Below, piece by piece: positions 47,886-58,138 of a DNA stretch of 64,000 nucleotides. This DNA is from Gemmatimonas sp. (lineage in GTDB: Bacteria > Gemmatimonadota > Gemmatimonadetes > Gemmatimonadales > Gemmatimonadaceae). The notes beneath the pieces were generated by a model, which saw nothing but the letters and a program-made list of their open reading frames with translations, did no database searches and was not told where the DNA came from. The translations under genes and the position numbers were made by a program. Within the stretch, counting starts at the first letter, position 1; the number at the start of each line of letters is the position of its first letter. The stretch spans positions 32,001 through 96,000 of the forward strand of contig JANNVQ010000053.1 in assembly GCA_031414535.1 (NCBI GenBank). Direction: 5' to 3'.

Positions 47886-48659
47886 GTGCTGCTGGTCGCT
47901 GACGTTGGCAACACCGAAACAACCTTGGGCCTCGCCGAGGGCGAGACGATTGTCGCGCACTGGCGCGTGACCACCGAAGCGGCGCGCACGCCCGACGAGG
48001 TTCACCTGCTGTTGCACAATCTGCTGAGCGCGTCGGGGCGCGCTGGTGTGAAGCTTCGCGGTGCTGCTATTGGCTCGGTGGTGCCCGGCGTCACACAGGC
48101 ACTCGCGGAAGCCGCGTCGCGCATCAGCGATACGCCGGCCGTCATCGTGGATGCGACATCCAAGCTCGGCATCACACTCGCCGTCGACGAGCCGATGACC
48201 GTTGGCGCCGATCGCATCATCAATACCTTGGCCGCGAGCCGCATCTACCGCTCCGATTGCATCGTCGTGGATCTCGGCACTGCCACCACCTACGACTGCA
48301 TCACCAAGGAGGGCGTGTTCCTTGGCGGTGTCATCCAGCCGGGCGTGAAGACCTCAGCGGAGACCCTGTTCCGCCGCACGGCCAAGCTCACGGCGACCGA
48401 GCTTTCCGCCCCGACGAAAGTGATTGGGACGCGGACGGAAGAGTGCATCAGAGCCGGCGTGGTGTTTGGCGCGGCCGACAGCGTGACGGGCATCGTGAAC
48501 CGCATCATCGCCGCGTGGCCCAACAGTGGTCGCCCGAAGGTGGTCGCGACCGGCGGCCTCGCCGTGGTGATCAAAGCGCATTGCCCCGTGATTGAACTCG
48601 TGGACACGGACCTCACCTTACAGGGGTTGCGCATGGCCCACGAGATTCTGACCGCCTAG
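47886..48659 (+). CDS. coaX: Type III pantothenate kinase
   Basis: DVGNT, GADR, VDLGTATT, GGVIQPG, ATGG. Confidence 0.93.
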   Translation: MLLVADVGNTETTLGLAEGETIVAHWRVTTEAARTPDEVHLLLHNLLSASGRAGVKLRGAAIGSVVPGVTQALAEAASRISDTPAVIVDATSKLGITLAVDEPMTVGADRIINTLAASRIYRSDCIVVDLGTATTYDCITKEGVFLGGVIQPGVKTSAETLFRRTAKLTATELSAPTKVIGTRTEECIRAGVVFGAADSVTGIVNRIIAAWPNSGRPKVVATGGLAVVIKAHCPVIELVDTDLTLQGLRMAHEILTA

Positions 48660-48991
48660 CCTAGGCGCTTCCGGTACAGCAGGCCCCAACCGCGCAGCGC
48701 CTCGATGGCGGGCAGGGCCGTGCGCCCGAGCGCGGTGATGGCGTAGTCCACGTGCGGCGGGACCACCGGATGCACCGTCCGCGTGAGAAGGTTCGCGTCC
48801 TCGAGTTCGCGCAACTGTTGCGTCAGCATCTTGTGGGACACGCTCTTCAAGTCGCGATGCAGCTCATTGTAGCGCCAGCTGCGCTGGTTGAGGCGCCAGA
48901 GGATGGGCATCTTCCACTTGCCGCCGATGGCGTGCAGTGCGAGCTCCACCGGGCTCTGGAATCGTTGGCCACGAAACTCAAACTCTGGCAT
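48656..48991 (-). CDS. HxlR-family winged-helix transcriptional regulator
   Basis: IGGKWKMPIL, KMLTQQLRELE, VPPHVDY; ATG at 48991 follows GGAG. Confidence 0.9.
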   Translation of the reverse strand: MPEFEFRGQRFQSPVELALHAIGGKWKMPILWRLNQRSWRYNELHRDLKSVSHKMLTQQLRELEDANLLTRTVHPVVPPHVDYAITALGRTALPAIEALRGWGLLYRKRLG

Positions 48992-49148
48992 CGCACTCTC
49001 CGGATAGTAGGTGCCCGACAAAAAGTACATACGGGTGGAAATGGGAGCGATTGGCGGCGCCTGGGTCGCTTGGCATCTGCCAAATGTGGCGAACGATGCG
49101 CCAAAAATGTGCGAGAGATTCGGTCAATATGACAGAACTATCGCCTGC

Positions 49149-49161
49149 TAAGCTGTTTATT
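49149..49161 (-). promoter_or_regulatory. IHF-like binding site upstream of groES
   Basis: Minus strand AATAAACAGCTTA versus the WATCAANNNNTTR consensus (1 mismatch), in an AT-rich patch between the palindromes and the -24/-12 element. Confidence 0.4.
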
Positions 49162-49206
49162 TGTAAGGGGTTGCGCCAGCTTGAGGTTCAATCTTCACTG
49201 TTTGAC

Positions 49207-49222
49207 TGGCCCGGTGTTTGCA
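49207..49222 (+). promoter_or_regulatory. Putative sigma54 (-24/-12) promoter of groESL
   Basis: TGGCCCGGTGTTTGCA versus TGGCACG-N4-TTGCW (1 mismatch), exact spacing. Confidence 0.7.
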
Positions 49223-49239
49223 AGTAATATTCGGTGTTG

Positions 49240-49266
49240 TTAGCACTCACCATCCGTGAGTGCCAA
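49240..49266 (+). promoter_or_regulatory. CIRCE element (HrcA operator)
   Basis: TTAGCACTC-ACCATCCGT-GAGTGCCAA versus TTAGCACTC-N9-GAGTGCTAA (1 mismatch), upstream of groES. Confidence 0.92.
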
Positions 49267-49308
49267 TATCATCACCACCATTCACACCTAGCAGGAGATC
49301 GGATACTT

Positions 49309-49620
49309 ATGGCAGCAAAGACTGCGTCCGCGCAGAAGGTCGCGCCGCTGGCCGACCGTGTCGTCATCAAGGCGACGGAGGAGTCCGAGCAGATGCGTGG
49401 CGGCCTCTACATCCCGGACACCGCGAAGGAAAAGCCCCAGCAGGGTGAAGTGATTGCCGTGGGCCCTGGCCGTACCGAAGACGGCAAGCGCGTAGCGATG
49501 GAAGTGAAGGCCGGCGACAAGGTCCTGTACGGCAAGTACAGCGGCACCGAGGTCACCATCGACGGCGAGCAGCTCCTGATCCTCCGCGAGAGCGACATCC
49601 TCGCGATCGTCACCAACTAA
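49309..49620 (+). CDS. groES: Co-chaperonin GroES
   Basis: [42 protein letters not shown] upstream. Confidence 0.97.
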   Translation: MAAKTASAQKVAPLADRVVIKATEESEQMRGGLYIPDTAKEKPQQGEVIAVGPGRTEDGKRVAMEVKAGDKVLYGKYSGTEVTIDGEQLLILRESDILAIVTN

Positions 49621-49634
49621 TTACTGAGAACTGA

Positions 49635-51269
<1,635 letters not shown>

Positions 51270-51294
51270 ATCGACGGAAGACGGATGACGGAAG

Positions 51295-51330
51295 CAAATG
51301 GGGGCGGCCCGAAAGGTCCGCCCCCATTTG
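51295..51330 (+). terminator. Terminator hairpin between convergent groEL and carbonic anhydrase genes
   Basis: CAAATGGGGGCGGCCC-GAAA-GGTCCGCCCCCATTTG. Confidence 0.8.
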
Positions 51331-51352
51331 TGCCTCTAGCATCCGTCATCCG

Positions 51353-51982
51353 TCAATTATTCGGTAGCACCCGTTCCGCCATCTCCGTCGAATCAATCTG
51401 ATCTGCCGCAATGCGAATCAGTCCTGACGCGATGTCGTACACCCAGCCGTGAAGCATCGGGCGCTTGCCGCGATCCCAGGCATCGCGGATGACCGGCGTG
51501 CGCGAGAGGATGCCCAGCTGCTGCAGCACATTGAGCTCCGCGACCTTCGCGAGCTTGGCCCTTGGGTCCGCGATGGCTTCAAGCTCATCCTTATGCCACC
51601 GCAGCGTGTTGCGGATGTCCGAGAGCCAATGGTCCACAACGCCGTTTGAGGCGGGGCCCATCGCGGCCTTCAAGGCACCGCAGTTGTCGTGGCCGCAGAC
51701 AATGACGTGCGGGATGTCCAACACGTTGATGGCGTAATGCAACACGGAGAGCACGTTGACGTCGGTGCTCCACACTTGGTTGCCGATGTTGCGATGCACG
51801 AACATGTCGCCTGGCAGCGCACCAGTCATCCGCTCAAGCGGCACTCGGCTGTCCGAGCACCCAATCATCAGAAAGTGCGGCGTCTGGCCTAGGTCGGTGC
51901 GCTTGAAGAACTCAGGATCCTGCGCCAGCATGTCGGCGGCCCAAGCCTTGTTGTTCGCAAGCAGGGTCTTAAATGTTTCCAC
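51353..51982 (-). CDS. can: Beta-class carbonic anhydrase
   Basis: GQTP, CSDSR, FVHRNIGN, CGHDNCG, ELNV, HGWVYD. Confidence 0.93.
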   Translation of the reverse strand: METFKTLLANNKAWAADMLAQDPEFFKRTDLGQTPHFLMIGCSDSRVPLERMTGALPGDMFVHRNIGNQVWSTDVNVLSVLHYAINVLDIPHVIVCGHDNCGALKAAMGPASNGVVDHWLSDIRNTLRWHKDELEAIADPRAKLAKVAELNVLQQLGILSRTPVIRDAWDRGKRPMLHGWVYDIASGLIRIAADQIDSTEMAERVLPNN

Positions 51983-52008
51983 AGCGTCGTCCTCGGGGGT
52001 GGCCGTGA

Positions 52009-53544
52009 TTACTTGGCGGTGGTCTCGAGGGCAGGTACGCCCACGAGACGGAAGTCGATGTTGCGAACGGGTGCCAGCTGCTGGAAGTTGCCCAGCACCT
52101 CCAGCACGTCCGGATCAAGGCGCCGGGTGCGGCGCGCGTCAATCTCAATGCGACAGCCTTCCGGCAGCTTCTCCAACATGGTCATCAACGCGGCCTTGTG
52201 AAGGAAGTTCACATTGTCGTGCAACTGCAGCCGCTTGAGTACTGCGCCCGGCGGGCTGATTTCCGTGTAGGGAGGGCTGTCCACATGGTCGCGCAGGATC
52301 ACCACGATGCCAACAGCGAGGCCCACGAGGATGCCGCGTAGCAGGTCGGTGGCAAGGATCGCCACCACGGTGACGCCAAACGAGAAGGCATAGGCGCGCC
52401 CGCGTGCGGCAGCGGCCTTGAACAGCGCAGGACTCGCCAGCTTGTAGCCAACATGAATCAACACTGCAGCCAAGGCGGCCAGCGGGATGGTGTTGAGAAA
52501 CGCGGGGAAGGCCAAGGCCGCGACCAGCAGCCACACTCCGTGCAGGACCGCCGACCAACGCGTTTTGGCCCCCGCGGAGATGTTCGTCGCTGAGCGCACA
52601 ATTACGCCGGTGACCGGCAGCCCGCCGATGAGTCCCGACGCGAGATTTCCCACGCCCTGAGCGATCAACTCGCGATCCGTTGATGCTTCGCGATGGTAGG
52701 GATCCATGTCATCGGTGGCTTGCAGCGACAACAAGCTCTCCAGGGAGGCGACGACGGCCAGCACCACAGCCACCTTCCACACGGCGGGATTGCCGATAGA
52801 CTCCCAAGCCGGCATCGAGAACTGGCCGAAGAATCCTGCGAGCGAGTCGGGCACTGGTAGCGAGACAAGGTGCGTCGCGGCGATGGTCAACTCGGGTGCG
52901 AACTTCGTGAAGAGCGCATTCAAGCCGACGCCGAGGATCACGACCACCAGCGGCGCCGGTATGGCTTTCACGCGCGAAAGTGGGCCTTTGCCCCATCCGA
53001 AGAGCAGGGGAAGGGCAAGCGCCGCCACAATCAGGGCACCCCATTCCACGTGACGAATCGCCTCGCCGAGCCCTTCCAACGTGGTCTCCGCGTTGGACTG
53101 CATGAACGCGTCGTCACCCATCGCATCGGCGTCGTAACCAATCGCGTGCGGTATCTGCTTGAGGATGAGCATGAGGCCGATTGCGGTCAGCATGCCCTTG
53201 ATGACGGCCGACGGGAAGTAGTAGCCGATGACCCCGGCCCGTAGTACTCCCAGTAGCACTTGGATCGCGCCCGCCAGTACCACCGCCATCAAGAAGATGT
53301 CGAATGCGCCGAGTTCCGTGATGGCCGTCAAGACAATCACGGTTAGCCCGGCAGCCGGCCCGCTGACCATCAACTCCGAGTCCGAGACAATGCCGACGAC
53401 GATACCGCCGACGATTCCGGAAATGACGCCCGCGAACAAGGGCGCTCCCGATGCCAGAGCAATGCCAAGGCACAATGGCACGGCCACGAGGAACACTACC
53501 AGCGAGGCCAGTGAGTCCTGGCGCCATGAGATTGTTGCGTTCAT
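52009..53544 (-). CDS. SulP/SLC26-family anion (probably bicarbonate) transporter
   Basis: VVFLVAVPLCLGIALASG, VSGPAAGL, RELIAQGVGN, GGLPVTGVIVRS, IPLAALA; adjacent to carbonic anhydrase. Confidence 0.92.
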   Translation of the reverse strand: MNATISWRQDSLASLVVFLVAVPLCLGIALASGAPLFAGVISGIVGGIVVGIVSDSELMVSGPAAGLTVIVLTAITELGAFDIFLMAVVLAGAIQVLLGVLRAGVIGYYFPSAVIKGMLTAIGLMLILKQIPHAIGYDADAMGDDAFMQSNAETTLEGLGEAIRHVEWGALIVAALALPLLFGWGKGPLSRVKAIPAPLVVVILGVGLNALFTKFAPELTIAATHLVSLPVPDSLAGFFGQFSMPAWESIGNPAVWKVAVVLAVVASLESLLSLQATDDMDPYHREASTDRELIAQGVGNLASGLIGGLPVTGVIVRSATNISAGAKTRWSAVLHGVWLLVAALAFPAFLNTIPLAALAAVLIHVGYKLASPALFKAAAARGRAYAFSFGVTVVAILATDLLRGILVGLAVGIVVILRDHVDSPPYTEISPPGAVLKRLQLHDNVNFLHKAALMTMLEKLPEGCRIEIDARRTRRLDPDVLEVLGNFQQLAPVRNIDFRLVGVPALETTAK

Positions 53545-53606
53545 TTATGCAATCTCGCCACAGTTGCGCGCGGGCGTAAGTCCGTGCCCGACGCGCATCG
53601 CTGCCG

Positions 53607-54461
53607 TTAAAGCTCGAGTGAAAACTGCGCCGCGCTCGCCGCGGTCTCGCGAGCGCCCATTGAAATAGGATGCGGGGCGCGCACATTCTCCTCAAGCGCG
53701 AACAAGGCCTCCGGAACGCGTCCGGCGGCAGCCCGCGCCACGAGCGGCGATGTCGAGTGGCGCAGGGCGGCCGACACCGTGTCACTCGCAAGCGAGGGCG
53801 TGTTGTTCGTCTCGCTCAGGTGCAAAAGGCCGACGCCCCGCAGTCCCGCGTGCGCCACCTGTGCGGCGAACGCCCCCGCCTGCGCATTGCTAATGTGCCC
53901 ACGCCCTCCGCGGATGCGTTGTTGGAGCGCAGCCGGGTAGGGGCCACTGGCTAACATCTCAGGATCGTGGTTGGCCTCAATCAAGAGGAGGTCACAGCGC
54001 GCGAAGAGCCGTGCGAGCGCATCGGGAACCGACCCGAGGTCGTGCGCTAGACCCACCCGCGCGCCCGACGCCGTGGCGGTGATGGCCATCGCGAGTGGCT
54101 CGTTCGCATCGTGCGGAATCGCGGCGGATTCCACCGTGAAGTCCCCTACCCGACACGGCGCGCCGGGCTGGAGCGTCACGCGGTACTTGGCAGGGATCTC
54201 GCGCAAGGCGCGCTGCGTGCCCGCGCTCGCATACACCGGCCAGCGATACTTGTGATGCACCTTGCTCACACCGTCCGCGTGATCCTGGTGTTCGTGCGTG
54301 ATGAGCATCGCGCTGATCATCTCGGGCACTAAGCCGAGCTTCTTCATGCGCAGCGCCAAGGCGCGCGGGCCGAAGCCGCAGTCAACGAGAATGGCCTGCT
54401 CACCGCTCGCGATCACGATCGCATTGCCGCGACTGCCGCTTCCCAGCGACCAGATTCTCAC
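53607..54461 (-). CDS. MBL-fold metallo-hydrolase (YycJ/WalJ-like)
   Basis: LGSGSRGNA, ITHEHQDH (HxHxDH), PHDA, EANHD, GHISN, HLSETNN. Confidence 0.9.
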   Translation of the reverse strand: MRIWSLGSGSRGNAIVIASGEQAILVDCGFGPRALALRMKKLGLVPEMISAMLITHEHQDHADGVSKVHHKYRWPVYASAGTQRALREIPAKYRVTLQPGAPCRVGDFTVESAAIPHDANEPLAMAITATASGARVGLAHDLGSVPDALARLFARCDLLLIEANHDPEMLASGPYPAALQQRIRGGRGHISNAQAGAFAAQVAHAGLRGVGLLHLSETNNTPSLASDTVSAALRHSTSPLVARAAAGRVPEALFALEENVRAPHPISMGARETAASAAQFSLEL

Positions 54462-55651
54462 GCCCCGTTGCGGAGCGCGAAGATGCGGGCCCAGTGCGCA
54501 GGGCCTGCGTGTGGCATCTCTACCTTGCGACGCCCCATCACACGCGTGGCCACGGTAAGAAATCGGTCCAATGCGAAGGTTTCCCACGGCTCGCCATCAC
54601 CCCAAGCGAACGGGGCCACGTACTTCGGAGGCATGCGCGTGCCAAACACATTCGCCGCCGCGCCAATCACGCTGCCCGTGCTTAGGCGCGTGCCGATGCC
54701 GGTCTTGGCATGATCGCCGATCAGCGAGCCAAGAAACTGCTGCCCTGTTCGCGCGCTGCCCTTCGGCGTCCACATCGTGACTTCGCCATACGAGTTCTTG
54801 AGATTACTCGTGATGGTGCCCGCACCGAGGTTGGCCCAGCGTCCGATCACGCTGTGTCCAACGAATCCATCGTGTCCCTTGTTGGCCTGGCCAATCATAA
54901 TGGTCACGCTCATCTCGCCACTGACCTTCACGTGCGGGCCAATGCTGCAGGTGGCCAGCCGCCCTCCCATCACGGTGCTGTCTTCGCCGATGACGCAGGG
55001 CCCTACGAGACGCGTGAACGCCATCACATGCGCGCCGCGACGTACGATGACGGGACCGCCGCTCGTGTCGGCCACGACGAAGGGCTCCACCCGCGCGCCG
55101 GGCGCCACGTGCACCGCGTGATTGCCAATGACGGTGATGCCCTGAGCCTGCGCATCCACGGGCACAAGCGAGAGCGCATCGGCGAGCAGCATCGCGGGCA
55201 AAAGACCAACGAGGTCCCACACCTGCTCAATCCACCAGCCAGTCACGTCCATCGCGTCGCCATTAGCGAGCGTCGCGAGATCGAGCGCGCCGTCGCCGAG
55301 ATCAACGAGGGGGAGGTCGCGCGTCAGCTTCACGGCGGCAACACGCCCGGCGACGCGGATGCACCCGTGTTGATCCGACAGCGCGAGTGAGGCCATCGCC
55401 GGGGCACAGCGCGCATTGACAAGCCAGCTTCCGGCGGCCACGTGCGACACGCAGGTGCCCGGCGCGCCAATCTCCGCGAAGTCGTCGAGGTGCGGCGCGC
55501 TGACGAAGCCCAGCGCGTCGCCACCGAGGACCTGGGCCCAACGCTCGCGAGTCAGAAACGCGCCCGCGCGTAGCTCACCCGCCGGTCGCGTCAACGCGAA
55601 CGGCGCAAAGTCCCGTGCGGCGCGGTCATCATACAGCACGAATCCGCTCAT
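54458..55651 (-). CDS. GlmU-related putative sugar nucleotidyltransferase/acyltransferase
   Basis: PFALTRPAGELRAG N-terminus; hexapeptide LbH region; NKGHDGFVGHS, NLGAGTITSNLKN, GDHAKTGI. Confidence 0.8.
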   Translation of the reverse strand: MSGFVLYDDRAARDFAPFALTRPAGELRAGAFLTRERWAQVLGGDALGFVSAPHLDDFAEIGAPGTCVSHVAAGSWLVNARCAPAMASLALSDQHGCIRVAGRVAAVKLTRDLPLVDLGDGALDLATLANGDAMDVTGWWIEQVWDLVGLLPAMLLADALSLVPVDAQAQGITVIGNHAVHVAPGARVEPFVVADTSGGPVIVRRGAHVMAFTRLVGPCVIGEDSTVMGGRLATCSIGPHVKVSGEMSVTIMIGQANKGHDGFVGHSVIGRWANLGAGTITSNLKNSYGEVTMWTPKGSARTGQQFLGSLIGDHAKTGIGTRLSTGSVIGAAANVFGTRMPPKYVAPFAWGDGEPWETFALDRFLTVATRVMGRRKVEMPHAGPAHWARIFALRNGA

Positions 55652-56691
55652 GAGCGGTCTCGCACCGCGAGCGGCAGTTGGTCCAGCATCGTCTTGAGTT
55701 GATCAGCGTGCGCGACCGTCGTAACCATCGTCAGGCCGTTTTGCACCACGACCACGAGATCCTGCACGCCGTACAACACCACGCGACCTGACTCCGCGTA
55801 CACCACGTTGTCCCTCGCGTGTACGAGGTTTGCATCACCGTGCACGGCGTTGCCCATCGCGTCGGTCTCGCGCACGCGACGCAAGGCGCCCCAAGTGCCT
55901 ACGTCATCCCACCCGAAGTCGCCGCGCACGACGGCCACCGAAGCACTGCGCTCGAGGACGCCCACGTCAACACTCACAGTGTCGTGCACCGCAGCGAAGA
56001 AGGCCTCGCGACCCTGCACGGCCGCGGCGAGCGCCGCCGTGAGTTCAGGGGTGTGCGCCGCAAGCGCGTCAAGAAACGTCTGGGCTCGCCAAGCGAAGAT
56101 ACCCGAGTTCCAGAGGCAACCCGCCGCCACCAGTCGCTCGGCCTTGGCACGATCTGGCTTCTCCAAGAACTTCGCCACCTTCCAGCAGGCCGCGCCTAGC
56201 GCCGCGCCCGGTTCGATGTACCCGAGGCCGGGGTTAGGGTCCGTAGGCACGATGCCCACGGTGACCAGCGCATCATGCTCCTCCGCTGAGCGCGCCGCCA
56301 GAGCCAGCACCTCGCGGAACCGCGCCTCGTCGCCGATGGCGGCATCCGCGTGCACCGAGAGCATACCGGCGTCGGCTCCTCCACGGCGGCGCACTTCGAG
56401 CGCCGCCCAAGCAAGGGCAGCGGCCGTACCGGCAGCGCGCGGTTCCTCGAGGACTTGATCCGCCGCCATCCACGGCAAAGTGCGGCGGATGGCTGGCGCC
56501 AATTGCGCGCTGGTCAAAATCAGAATTTGTGAGCGCTCCACAAGGCCTTCGAGGCGCTGGACCGTGTCTTCCAGCATGCTCTGCCCACTCACCAACGGTA
56601 AGAGTTGCTTGGGCTGTTCCGGCGTTGACAGGGGCCAGAACCGCGAGCCCACGCCGCCCGCCAAGACGACAGCATACAGCGTGCTCTTCAT
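55648..56691 (-). CDS. manC: Mannose-1-phosphate guanylyltransferase (no PMI cupin domain)
   Basis: LAGGVGSRFWPLS, PKQLL, FLEKP, WNSGIF, WDDVGTW. Confidence 0.88.
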   Translation of the reverse strand: MKSTLYAVVLAGGVGSRFWPLSTPEQPKQLLPLVSGQSMLEDTVQRLEGLVERSQILILTSAQLAPAIRRTLPWMAADQVLEEPRAAGTAAALAWAALEVRRRGGADAGMLSVHADAAIGDEARFREVLALAARSAEEHDALVTVGIVPTDPNPGLGYIEPGAALGAACWKVAKFLEKPDRAKAERLVAAGCLWNSGIFAWRAQTFLDALAAHTPELTAALAAAVQGREAFFAAVHDTVSVDVGVLERSASVAVVRGDFGWDDVGTWGALRRVRETDAMGNAVHGDANLVHARDNVVYAESGRVVLYGVQDLVVVVQNGLTMVTTVAHADQLKTMLDQLPLAVRDRS

Positions 56692-57089
56692 CGTGTCGCC
56701 TCAACCATCTCAGTGACACGGGCCAGCAATCGCTTCGGGCTGAATGGCTTGGTCATAAACTCGTCCGCACCCCGGCGGCGCGCGTCCTGCTCTTGGTGGT
56801 CTTGACCCGCTGCCGTCAAAATCAGGCAGGGGAGATGGCGGAATCGAGCGTCGCCTCTCACACAGTCGAGCACCTCGAGTCCGCTCACCCGCGGCATCAT
56901 CAAATCGAGAATCATCAAGGCCACTGGCGGATCCTGCTCTAGAGCTTCCAAAGCCTCCGCACCATCGTAGGCGAGGTCCACGTTGAACGGACCCTGCTCA
57001 AGCTTGGTCTTGATGATGCGGCCGATGTGTGGCTCGTCGTCGGCGACGAGAATGCGAGCGCGGAAGGCGTCGGCCACGGCCTGGCTCAA
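56688..57089 (-). CDS. Stand-alone receiver-domain response regulator
   Basis: ILVADDE, LDLMMP (phospho-Asp), LTA, KPFSP; no output domain. Confidence 0.92.
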   Translation of the reverse strand: MSQAVADAFRARILVADDEPHIGRIIKTKLEQGPFNVDLAYDGAEALEALEQDPPVALMILDLMMPRVSGLEVLDCVRGDARFRHLPCLILTAAGQDHQEQDARRRGADEFMTKPFSPKRLLARVTEMVEATR

Positions 57090-57439
57090 ACGAGCGTGGC
57101 GAGACCCGCACGGTGGCGGCGGATGTCGTACACGAGGGCGCCCAAGTTCGCGTCCGAACGAACAATCACAAGCAACACCACCTCGGCAGACATCGCGGAG
57201 AGGACCACCGTGGCCTCTTGGTGCTCAAGAATGGCCATCTGCAGGGTCCCCGCGGCGGCCGCGGAACCGAGTTCGTCGGCGAACTGTAGAATGGAGGGGA
57301 CGTGCGCCGCAATCTGCTCGCAGTCCACGCCCGCATTGGCGTCGTTGTCAATCAGCAGCCCGTCGCGGCCGAGAACGGCAGCGGCCATGACGCCGTCAAA
57401 GCGGCGAAGGGTCGCAACGAGGTCACGAATCGTGGCCAA
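57086..57439 (-). CDS. Roadblock/LC7 (MglB-like) domain protein
   Basis: GVMAAAVLGRDGLLI, AAH, ILEH..ATVVL, ANLGAL; 117 aa; GGAG SD upstream. Confidence 0.85.
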   Translation of the reverse strand: MATIRDLVATLRRFDGVMAAAVLGRDGLLIDNDANAGVDCEQIAAHVPSILQFADELGSAAAAGTLQMAILEHQEATVVLSAMSAEVVLLVIVRSDANLGALVYDIRRHRAGLATLV

Positions 57440-57466
57440 CCAAGGCTCCGGGAAGGGGTCCAGCGA

Positions 57467-57494
57467 AGTGTACGTCCAGCTACATCCAAGTCAA
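57467..57494 (-). promoter_or_regulatory. Putative sigma70 promoter of the roadblock operon
   Basis: TTGACT-N16-TACACT on the minus strand; a divergent TTGATG-N18-TATCTT lies at 57506-57535 on the plus strand. Confidence 0.5.
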
Positions 57495-57550
57495 GCGCAC
57501 ATCGCTTGATGCGAAGCCGTTGCGGTCGCTATCTTTCACCTGTGCACATT

Positions 57551-58135
57551 ATGCCGTTTGCCCATCGCGCGCTTCGTCGCGCGGGTCTCGTCGTCGCCGT
57601 CTCGGCTGCCGCCCTCGTCGCCTGCGGCCCGGACCCCTTCGCCGTGCGGCCCGACGGCCCCAACCTCGATACCAACTTCCAAATTTGGGCGATGACCGGT
57701 ACACCGGTGCCGTACCCGACCGCTTTTGCCGTGCCGCAGCGCGCAACAGTGCGCCTCGAACCCACCGGGACCTTCGACATCGCGTTTGACATCACACCCA
57801 GTGGCGCGTTGCAGGTGCTCCCGGTGGGGAAGGTGATCAGTTCGCTGACGGGTTCTCGCCCCATCGGAATCATCGTCTCGGCCACGCCATACTCGCAGAT
57901 TGAGTCGGCACCGCGCTCGGGCTGGGCCGTGGATTCAATCGTCAACCTGCAGGTGGGTTCGGTATTCGTCCTTCAGGTCACCACGCAGTTCTGCTCTGGA
58001 CAATCGCGTCAGGTGATCTACGGCAAATTCCGCGTGGATTCGATTCTCCCCGCCGAGCGACGCGCGCGTCTGAGTGGCCGCGTGAACCCGAATTGTGGCT
58101 TCCGTTCCTTCGCGGACGGCACACCGGAGTTTTAG
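57551..58135 (+). CDS. Hypothetical lipoprotein
   Basis: Signal with lipobox LVAC; beta-rich body (FDIAFDI); two further Cys (FC...NPNCG). Confidence 0.7.
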   Translation: MPFAHRALRRAGLVVAVSAAALVACGPDPFAVRPDGPNLDTNFQIWAMTGTPVPYPTAFAVPQRATVRLEPTGTFDIAFDITPSGALQVLPVGKVISSLTGSRPIGIIVSATPYSQIESAPRSGWAVDSIVNLQVGSVFVLQVTTQFCSGQSRQVIYGKFRVDSILPAERRARLSGRVNPNCGFRSFADGTPEF

Positions 58136-58138
58136 CAC

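Noticed and set aside
49234..49308. His-rich N-terminal extension of GroES in the ORF track (…YHHHHSHL…)
   Set aside because: It is a translation through the CIRCE element and leader; the ATG at 49309 has an AGGAG SD and gives a normal GroES.
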